From Candidatus Kuenenia stuttgartensis (lineage in GTDB: Bacteria; Planctomycetota; Brocadiia; Brocadiales; Brocadiaceae): 32,000 bases of DNA. Below are positions 8,759-14,796 of this stretch, piece by piece (the first letter of the stretch is position 1; every line of letters starts with the position of its first letter). The notes below the pieces were generated by a model. That model did no database searches. It was given only the letters and a program-made list of their open reading frames with translations, and was not told where the DNA came from. A program made the translations under genes and the position numbers. The DNA lies in contig NZ_LT934425.1 of NCBI RefSeq assembly GCF_900232105.1, positions 3,630,001 to 3,662,000 of the forward strand, in the 5' to 3' direction.

Positions 8759-9040
8759 TAGGCTGGCACAGCCGGAATCAAACAAGCAATATATAAAAAA
8801 TACGAAATTCGAAGTACGAAATACGAAACAAATCCGAATAACAAAGCATAAAATTCAAAACAAATCCAAAACTTACAATAATATGAAGCACGAAATGCGG
8901 GATACGAAAGGTGTACTTGTTTAGAATTTCAAATTATTTTGTCATTAGAAATTGTCTCGTATTTCGTGTTTCGTATTTCGGATTTCATCTAAGCCGGCAC
9001 AGCCGAAATCAAACAAACACGAAATGCGGGATTCGTAATT
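8759..9040 (+). repeat. Composite intergenic repeat region: two family-C boxes plus ACGAAAT-type heptamer tracts and internal inverted repeats
   Basis: Boxes: TAGGCTGGCACAGCCGGAATCAAACAAGC (8759-8787) and TAAGCCGGCACAGCCGAAATCAAACAAAC (8990-9018). The heptamer-phased stretch is ACGAAATTCGAAGTACGAAATACGAAAC, and its reverse complement occurs at ~8955-8988. CACGAAATGCGGGAT occurs twice, at ~8891 and ~9018. Confidence 0.7.
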
Positions 9041-9080
9041 ACACTTATTCACACACCATGAAAATCAATGGAGTATATTT

Positions 9081-10022
9081 ATGGCCAGAAAAAAAATAAC
9101 CATTATTGGCGCAGGGAATGTCGGAGCCACATTGTCACAACGCCTTGCAGAAAAGGAACTCGGAGACTTGGTACTTTTAGACATAGTGCAGGATATGCCG
9201 CAAGGAAAGGCCTTGGACATCCTGGAGGCAGGTCCTGTTTATGGATATAATACGAAAATCACCGGTGCGAACGGGTATGAAGAAACAAAGGATTCGGATA
9301 TAGTAGTTATCACCTCTGGTGTGTCGAGAAAACCAGGAATGAGCAGGGATGACCTGCTACAAATAAATACGGGTATCGTAAAAGGAGTTACTGAAAACAT
9401 AGCAAAGACCTCGCCGAATGCCATTCTTATCATAGTGTCTAACCCACTGGATGCCATGACATATGTGGCTTACAAAATCAGCAAATTTCCCAGGCGTCGC
9501 ATTATCGGAATGGCAGGCATTCTTGATGCTGCGCGTTTTAGCGCTTTTATTTCAATGGAGCTTGGTGTGTCCGTTGAAAATATCCATGCATTTGTCCTTG
9601 GAGGGCATGGGGATACTATGGTGCCCTCCACCCGGTATACCACTATTGCCGGCGTTCCTGTTGAAGAATTAATTCCACAGGAACGATTGAATGAAATTGT
9701 TGAGCGAACGAGAAATGGCGGCGCGGAAATTGTTAATTTGCTGAAAACCGGTAGCGCGTTTTACGCCCCTTCGGCAGCCGTTGTGGAAATGGTTGAGGCT
9801 GTTTTAAAAGACAAACGAAAGATAGCGCCATGCACCGCTTTGTGTGAAGGAGAATATGGAATAAATAATCTTTTTGTTGGTGTGCCGGTAATACTTGGAT
9901 CCAATGGGGTTGAAGATATTTTTGAAATCAAGCTCAACGAAAAAGAGTCCGTTGCTTTACAAAAATCTGCTAATGAAGTAAAACAGCTATGCAATAAGGT
10001 TGACGCATTATTGGGACTTTAA
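9081..10022 (+). CDS. mdh: Malate dehydrogenase (LDH-like family)
   Basis: Has the Rossmann motif [13 protein letters not shown], the substrate-loop sequence [13 protein letters not shown], and GGHGDTMVP. Length is 313 aa. Confidence 0.92.
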   Translation: MARKKITIIGAGNVGATLSQRLAEKELGDLVLLDIVQDMPQGKALDILEAGPVYGYNTKITGANGYEETKDSDIVVITSGVSRKPGMSRDDLLQINTGIVKGVTENIAKTSPNAILIIVSNPLDAMTYVAYKISKFPRRRIIGMAGILDAARFSAFISMELGVSVENIHAFVLGGHGDTMVPSTRYTTIAGVPVEELIPQERLNEIVERTRNGGAEIVNLLKTGSAFYAPSAAVVEMVEAVLKDKRKIAPCTALCEGEYGINNLFVGVPVILGSNGVEDIFEIKLNEKESVALQKSANEVKQLCNKVDALLGL

Positions 10023-10047
10023 AGCGTATCGCTTCTATTAAATAACT

Positions 10048-10080
10048 CACGAAGCAATCGCTTCGTGCTACAACTTTTTA
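10048..10080 (+). terminator. Hairpin terminator candidate downstream of mdh
   Basis: CACGAAGC-AATC-GCTTCGTG (8-bp stem) followed by CTACAACTTTTTAC. It lies 26 nt after the mdh stop. Confidence 0.5.
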
Positions 10081-10314
10081 CGGAAAAGAGGGGGACTTTA
10101 ATTCCTGGGCTAAATCCATGCGCAAAGTGGACAGTTTAGCGCAGGAATTATGTATGGTGTCTCCTGAATTACCTGCGGTTGGATTCTTTACTATTAAATC
10201 AATATGTGAAGTGTATAAAAAAAACTTATAATACCCTTCACCTCCCGACACTCTACTTCTCTTTTTACGTCATTGTTATGCAAAAAACAAACTGCCAATT
10301 AGGTGAGCCATAAG

Positions 10315-11175
10315 ATGAAACTACTGTTGAAATATATGGATAGAATGCCTAAAATAATAATCGCAGCAAGCAGCTCTTTATTGGTTGTTTTTCTTGGCAT
10401 TATAGACTATGCCTCAGGTTCCGAGATATCGTTTTCAATTTTTTATCTGTTGCCTGTGCTAATGGCAACGTGGTTCGCCAAGCGAAGATATGGAGTCGTA
10501 ATCTCTGTTTTCAGTGCAATAACATGGTATCTGGCAGACATCAATTCTGGTCATGCATATTCGCATTATATAATTCCTGTCTGGAACTCGATTATGCGGT
10601 TAGGGTTCTTCTTAATTGTTACCTCCTCCATTGACAAAGTCAGAAATCTGTTAAATAAGGAAAAATCTATGGCGCGAAACGATTTTTTAACGGGAGTGGC
10701 TAATAGGCGTTTTTTTTATGAAATAGCTACAAAAGAAATAGAACGAATTGCAAGATTTATTCACCCATTGTCACTTGCTTATATTGATATCGATAATTTT
10801 AAGCAGGTAAATGATACCCTTGGTCACAGTGCCGGTGATAAACTCTTGCAAGTAGTTGCTGGCACAATAAAAGAAAACATTCGATCAATTGATACAGTAT
10901 CGAGACTCGGAGGTGATGAATTTGCACTTCTAATGCCAGAAACAAATGCTCAAAGTGCTATTACAGCTTTAAATAAATTACGACATGCTCTTTTAGATAT
11001 GGTGCATGAAAATAATTGGCCGGTGACTTTTAGCATAGGCCTTGTCACATGCTCCGAATCTTGCAAATTGAATGAATTAATAAAAGAAGCTGATAATCTC
11101 ATGTACACAATAAAAGCGAGCGGAAAAAACAGAATTGAAAATAAAGTCCACTCATTTAATAAAACAAGTGCATAA
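10315..11175 (+). CDS. Membrane-anchored diguanylate cyclase (GGDEF domain with RxxD I-site)
   Basis: C-terminal GGDEF domain: DFLTGVANRRFF, IDNFKQVNDTLGHSAGD, RLGGDEFALL. RSID lies 5 residues upstream of GGDEF, the canonical I-site position. The N-terminal ~110 aa contain several TM helices. The track start is GTG 10303; ATG 10315 is preferred. Confidence 0.9.
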   Translation: MKLLLKYMDRMPKIIIAASSSLLVVFLGIIDYASGSEISFSIFYLLPVLMATWFAKRRYGVVISVFSAITWYLADINSGHAYSHYIIPVWNSIMRLGFFLIVTSSIDKVRNLLNKEKSMARNDFLTGVANRRFFYEIATKEIERIARFIHPLSLAYIDIDNFKQVNDTLGHSAGDKLLQVVAGTIKENIRSIDTVSRLGGDEFALLMPETNAQSAITALNKLRHALLDMVHENNWPVTFSIGLVTCSESCKLNELIKEADNLMYTIKASGKNRIENKVHSFNKTSA

Positions 11176-11368
11176 CATTTCAATCAAGGCTATGGGGAGT
11201 AAACGCTGTTTGGTTTTCAACAAGCTGGTTGCCATTGCGCCGTATTGTTTTCGTTAAGAGTTCATCAACCGCTGCAGATATCTTTGCGAACTATAATTGA
11301 CTGGCATTTTCAGACCAGTAGTTAAGATGCATTTTGGGTAGGATATAATAACAATGGAGGTCTGAAAA

Positions 11369-11740
11369 ATGAGAAAGAGTTCTAATACAGAATTTATGGC
11401 AAAAGTGGCATTAGAAGCGATCAGGGATGAAAAAACGCTAGCAGAGTTGTCATCACAGTACGAAATGCATAGGACGCAAATAGCAAAATGGCGTAAACGA
11501 GCGATAGAAGGATTAGGTGGGATATTTCAGGAGAAGGAGGCGAAGTTAGTCGGAGAGAAGGAGAAAGTAATAGATGAGTTGTATCGGCAAATAAGGAAAT
11601 TGAAGGTGGAGAACGAATGGCTTAAAAAAAATCTACACAGATTGAGCATTCATGAGAAAAGGGGGATGATAGAGGTTTACAATAAGGAGTTAAGCAGTGT
11701 GACTTTTTTGTGGTTACAGAGATCAAACCGGTACTATTAG
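11369..11740 (+). mobile_element. IS3-family transposase OrfA remnant (no DDE OrfB follows; degenerate IS)
   Basis: HTH-type OrfA (TLAELSSQYEMHRTQIAKWRKRA) and a leucine-zipper-like segment (LYRQIRKLKVENEWLKK). An A8 run at ~11624-11631 sits where IS3 slippery sites occur. The sequence decays after ...LQRSNRYY, with only ~220 bp before the next feature. A possible left end, TGACTGGC, is at ~11298. Confidence 0.75.
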
Positions 11741-11880
11741 CCAGCCAGTGGTTTCGAGTGAGACCGTAAATATTTCTTAACCAAGTTGTATTCCACATAC
11801 ATTTCAAACCGGCTGAACTGTTGCTATGCTTACTGCACACATCCTCCCTCGGTGTCGGAATGTGTGTTGTAAACATAAAA

Positions 11881-11914
11881 GTTAAAGTCTTTTTAAAAAG
11901 ACTAAAGAGTTACA
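11881..11914. repeat. Short palindrome related to family-A terminal repeats
   Basis: GTTAAAGTCTTTTTAAAAAGACTAAAGAGTTACA. Its right half resembles the A-family right end (AAAAAACTAAAGTGTTACA). Confidence 0.4.
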
Positions 11915-11956
11915 AATATTTTAAAATATTTTTTTTGCCAAACCGCGATAATTTTC

Positions 11957-11985
11957 TTGACTAATTAATGTATTTTGGTAAAAGT
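11957..11985 (+). promoter_or_regulatory. Promoter candidate for riboswitch transcript (TTGACT, extended -10 TGGTAAAAG)
   Basis: TTGACT at 11957-11962. After a 16-nt spacer comes TAAAAG at 11979-11984, preceded by TGG (TGn extended -10). It ends just upstream of the aptamer. Confidence 0.45.
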
Positions 11986-12078
11986 GTGCATACAAAGGCA
12001 AACCAATCGTGAGGTTGGGACGCAAAGCCATGGGTCTTATTTTTTGGAAAGAATGCCAGGTTGCCACCTATAATGGTG
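11986..12078 (+). promoter_or_regulatory. c-di-GMP class I (GEMM-I) riboswitch aptamer
   Basis: ACAAAGGCAAACCAATCGTGAGGTTGGGACGCAAAGCCATGGG matches the conserved GEMM-I core (GGCAAACC ... GGGACGCAAAGCC), as in the V. cholerae Vc2 aptamer. The hairpin CCAATC-GTGA-GGTTGG has a GNRA tetraloop at the expected position. A second helix region ends ...GCCAGGTTGCC. Confidence 0.8.
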
Positions 12079-12226
12079 TAAAAGCTGTTTATTGATCAGG
12101 CGCTGAGCCGGTAAGTATTTTGTTTGTAAAAGGTTTAGCTATAAACTTACGGTTGAATCCCTTTTATAAAATGTGATGCTTTATTGATTAGGTTCAAGAT
12201 TTCAATAGGCTTTTAAGATAACCCAA

Positions 12227-12270
12227 AACCCAAGGCATATGTGGCATATTGTCTTGGGTTTTTTTATTTT
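12227..12270 (+). terminator. Intrinsic terminator (probable riboswitch expression platform)
   Basis: AACCCAAGGCATATG-TGG-CATATTGTCTTGGGTT followed by TTTTTTATTTT. It lies between the aptamer and the RBS/ATG of the downstream gene. Confidence 0.75.
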
Positions 12271-12327
12271 ACAATGGGTATAAAATTGTTGTTTTTGTTA
12301 GAGAAATTTTTTTTGGAAAGGAGTAAA

Positions 12328-13461
12328 ATGATGAAAAGGAAATTAGTTTTAAGTGTATGGACGATTGTATTTACAGGTATTTATTTGTCGTTTGTAGTGG
12401 AGGGGGCTGGAGCGGATACCCTTTATAAAACCAGCCTTACCGTCAGTGATTCAAGCGCTTTTGATGGAGACAAATTAGATGCAAGTGTTGAAATAAACAA
12501 AAATGGAAAAGTAAAATTATCAATATCCAATTTAATACATCTTGATACACTACTGTATGCCAATAAAACATGTGCCTTGGTAATTGAAACAGAAGTGAAC
12601 GATATCGCAAAGCCATATGAATTTCCATTTGAGATTGAAGAGGGAATTGCGTTGGAGGATATGGACCTTGTTCTTCAATCAGGCGATAAAGTGGAGATTG
12701 TAAGCGTCGTTATTAACGAAAAGGCTTCCCCTACAGGAACCCCAACGCCTTCTCCCATTGCCGTTGCTTCTCCTTTGCCGGCAGGTTCTCCAACTCCTGT
12801 TGCAACGGCATCTCCAATTGCAACCACCTCGCCCGTTGTGACGCCTACCGCAACTGTTGCGCCATACTCAACCTCTGTTTTGGAAGTTTCGGCAGAGATA
12901 TCCGGGGATGATGTTGAATTGCTGGTTCCGGGAGGTTTGATTACTGATGCCGAAATAACGCCTACACCAACGTCATTTGCCACGCCTGCGGCAACGCCAA
13001 CAGAACCTTCTGCAACTCCCACATCAACACCAGTCGAGACGCCTTCTGTAATAGAGGCATATGTGAGCTTCCAGTCAAAGACGATAAATCTTAATAGTAA
13101 CGGTAAGTTTATTGCCAATATAAAACTACCTTCCACGCATAATATCGAAGATATAGTATGTGAAACAGTAGTGTGTGAAGGTGCTGTTGCAATTGATTGT
13201 GATGAAAAAAAGAATAAACTTAAGGTCAAGTTTAATATAAGTGATTTAGAAGTTGGTTTAGATTTAAAAACAAGTGAATCACAAAGTGTTGAATTTACCA
13301 TTACAGGGGAATTATCAGATGGTACAAAATTCGAGGGAAGCGATACCGTTAAGGTGAAGGGAAGTAAGAAGGGAAAAAACGATGACAACGACGATGAAGA
13401 CGAAGACGATGATGATGGCGATAAAGGCAAGGACAAGGGAAAAGGGAAAAATCGACGCTAA
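12328..13461 (+). CDS. Secreted protein of unknown function with Pro/Thr-rich linkers and a highly charged D/E/K C-terminal tail
   Basis: RBS GGAAAGGAG (12315-12323) and ATG 12328. The signal peptide is MMKRKLVLSVWTIVFTGIYLSFVVEGAGA. PT-rich linkers include SPTGTPTPSPIAVASPLPAGSPTPVATASP and TPTPTSFATPAATPTEPSATPTSTPVETP. A C-terminal beta-rich module is KTINLNSNGKFIANIKLP...VEFTITGELSDGTKFEGSDTVKVKG. The tail is NDDNDDEDEDDDDGDKGKDKGKGKNRR. The track start 12241 lies inside the terminator. Confidence 0.75.
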   Translation: MMKRKLVLSVWTIVFTGIYLSFVVEGAGADTLYKTSLTVSDSSAFDGDKLDASVEINKNGKVKLSISNLIHLDTLLYANKTCALVIETEVNDIAKPYEFPFEIEEGIALEDMDLVLQSGDKVEIVSVVINEKASPTGTPTPSPIAVASPLPAGSPTPVATASPIATTSPVVTPTATVAPYSTSVLEVSAEISGDDVELLVPGGLITDAEITPTPTSFATPAATPTEPSATPTSTPVETPSVIEAYVSFQSKTINLNSNGKFIANIKLPSTHNIEDIVCETVVCEGAVAIDCDEKKNKLKVKFNISDLEVGLDLKTSESQSVEFTITGELSDGTKFEGSDTVKVKGSKKGKNDDNDDEDEDDDDGDKGKDKGKGKNRR

Positions 13462-13549
13462 TGAACAATCGTAGGATTGAGATTAAATTTGAATGGTTAA
13501 TCAAAGATTTTATTCGGTTAGAGGTATCGTAGAGAAAGGAAAAAACCTT

Positions 13550-13590
13550 TCCCAACCTCTTGAAAGAGAGGTTGGGAGGCTTTTCCTTTT
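13550..13590 (+). terminator. Rho-independent terminator
   Basis: Perfect 11-bp stem TCCCAACCTCT / AGAGGTTGGGA with loop TGAAAG, followed by GGCTTTTCCTTTT. Confidence 0.8.
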
Positions 13591-13698
13591 GGGAATGTTG
13601 CAGACTATTAAAAAGGGTTGATTAGTAATAAAAGCTGCTGCCGATAAGATAGTTTGGTCAAAATTTGATATCACTTAGGAGGTGAAAAGGAGATTATT

Positions 13699-13890
13699 AT
13701 GGATAATACGTTGACAAATCTTGCGCAAAGCATGTCGAATAACGTGGTTATGGCAAAACAAGCCATGGAGTCAATGAAAACGGAAGGCGCTACAATTTTA
13801 AAGCTTATTGGGGATTCTGAAAGTGTGCGGACAGATAAGGGAGCAACTAATCCTGATGGTGTTGGTAAAAATGTTGACGTTTTCGCCTAG
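13699..13890 (+). CDS. Small YjfB-like (putative motility protein family) protein
   Basis: Strong RBS (AGGAGGTGAAAAGGAG). The 63-aa product MDNTLTNLAQSMSNNVVMAKQAMESMKTEGATILKLI...GKNVDVFA resembles, from memory, the YjfB-like pattern: an N-terminal MD..., a central VMKKAMD-like segment, and a C-terminal G.N.D..A. Confidence 0.6.
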   Translation: MDNTLTNLAQSMSNNVVMAKQAMESMKTEGATILKLIGDSESVRTDKGATNPDGVGKNVDVFA

Positions 13891-13920
13891 GAACTTGTCC
13901 ATAAATATGGTCAAACAAAT

Positions 13921-14072
13921 ACTAACATTTTAATTTTTTGAAAAATTCCAATAATAACATTGTCTTGCCGCACGATATAGGGGCGAAGCATTTGCAATAA
14001 CTGGCATACATGCGTTCATGCCCAAACATGCAAATGCTTCGCCCCTACGGTTTCAAAAAACTAAAGTGTTAC
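13921..14072. mobile_element. MITE-like palindromic element, family A, copy A2
   Basis: Same architecture as A1. The inner 18-bp hairpin is perfect: AGGGGCGAAGCATTTGCA (13979-13996) / TGCAAATGCTTCGCCCCT (14029-14046). The right terminal repeat is TTTCAAAAAACTAAAGTGTTAC. It is flanked by a perfect 7-bp direct duplication, AACAAAT (13914-13920 and 14073-14079). Confidence 0.8.
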
Positions 14073-14566
14073 AACAAATAAGGTTCTCGAAAGAAGAACA
14101 ATAAAATTCATCGTAATAGGTGGCACGGACAAACTCTGTTTGTCCGTGTTGTTATGAGTTGAAGCAATTTTACTGACAAACAAGATTATCAGTGCTACCC
14201 ATCAAGCTGTCTGAGCGCAACGCAAATGCAGGCATTCCCAAACAGGGGTTTTTGGTAACGAGTCGTGTTTCTGCAATTTAATATATTACGTTGAATAGTT
14301 ACTCAAAAAACTATCAAAAGGAATAAAAAGAAGAATGACTTGAATACCCTGAGAATAGCGATAAAATAATATACTATTGCAAGCAAAAAAATAATAAACT
14401 ACATGGGAAATCCATAGGGAATTATACTGTAAGAGCTCACAAATAGGGATTTCTAAAATTAGATTCAACTTTTGTTGACATAAATAGTTATAGCATTTCT
14501 TAAATCACATTTTGTGAACCCCTTGAGTATAGTATAGGATAATTCATCACAATAAGAGTAATTTAT

Positions 14567-14704
14567 GTAACTTCTCAATAAGTTGTGTTTTTTATAATAA
14601 TTTCTACCTTCCACCGTCCATAATCTGCAATTTGCCGACTGTACAGTATTCCACATTAATAAAGGGAGCAGGGGCGGTGTTTACCTCAACCTATTGAGAG
14701 TTCT
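14567..14704. mobile_element. MITE-like element, family B, copy B1
   Basis: Terminal inverted repeats GTAACTTCTCAATAAG ... CTATTGAGAGTTC. The interior is shared with B2 (TTTTTATAATAATTTCTACCTTCCAC..., CTGCAATTTGCCGACTGT, ACAGTATT..CATTAATAAAG). It is flanked by a perfect 8-bp duplication, TAATTTAT (14559-14566 and 14705-14712). Confidence 0.8.
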
Positions 14705-14796
14705 TAATTTATGAGGTATTTTATTACCTATCCTTCCGTAAATAGCCGCATGGTAACCGGTAAAAATGTCCCCATAAACTATCTAATCTTTATTTC

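Noticed and set aside
8911-9250. Track ORFs 8911..9099 and 9068..9250
   Set aside because: The first translates the heptamer/box repeat region. The second is out of frame within mdh. Neither has a plausible RBS or a recognisable sequence.
11186-11297. Protein-like minus-strand fragment (...FAKISAAVDELLTKTIRRNGNQLVENQTAFTPHSLD*) next to the IS3 remnant
   Set aside because: It is only ~36 codons with no start and no recognisable family. It is mentioned as a possible IS-truncated gene tail but is too weak to annotate.
12675-13436. 253-aa minus-strand ORF, Ser/Gly/Val-rich, antisense to the secreted PT-linker gene
   Set aside because: It is the mirror translation of the low-complexity Pro/Thr/Asp-rich coding strand. 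It has no RBS or signal features, whereas the plus-strand gene has an RBS, a signal peptide, a riboswitch and a terminator.
14286-14656. Minus-strand ORFs 14286..14468 and 14465..14656 (and 21993..22358), which share the peptide EGRNYYK..NLLRS
   Set aside because: The shared peptide comes from translating the family-B MITE. The similarity is at the DNA-repeat level, extends into non-coding flanks, and both ORFs cross the element boundaries.
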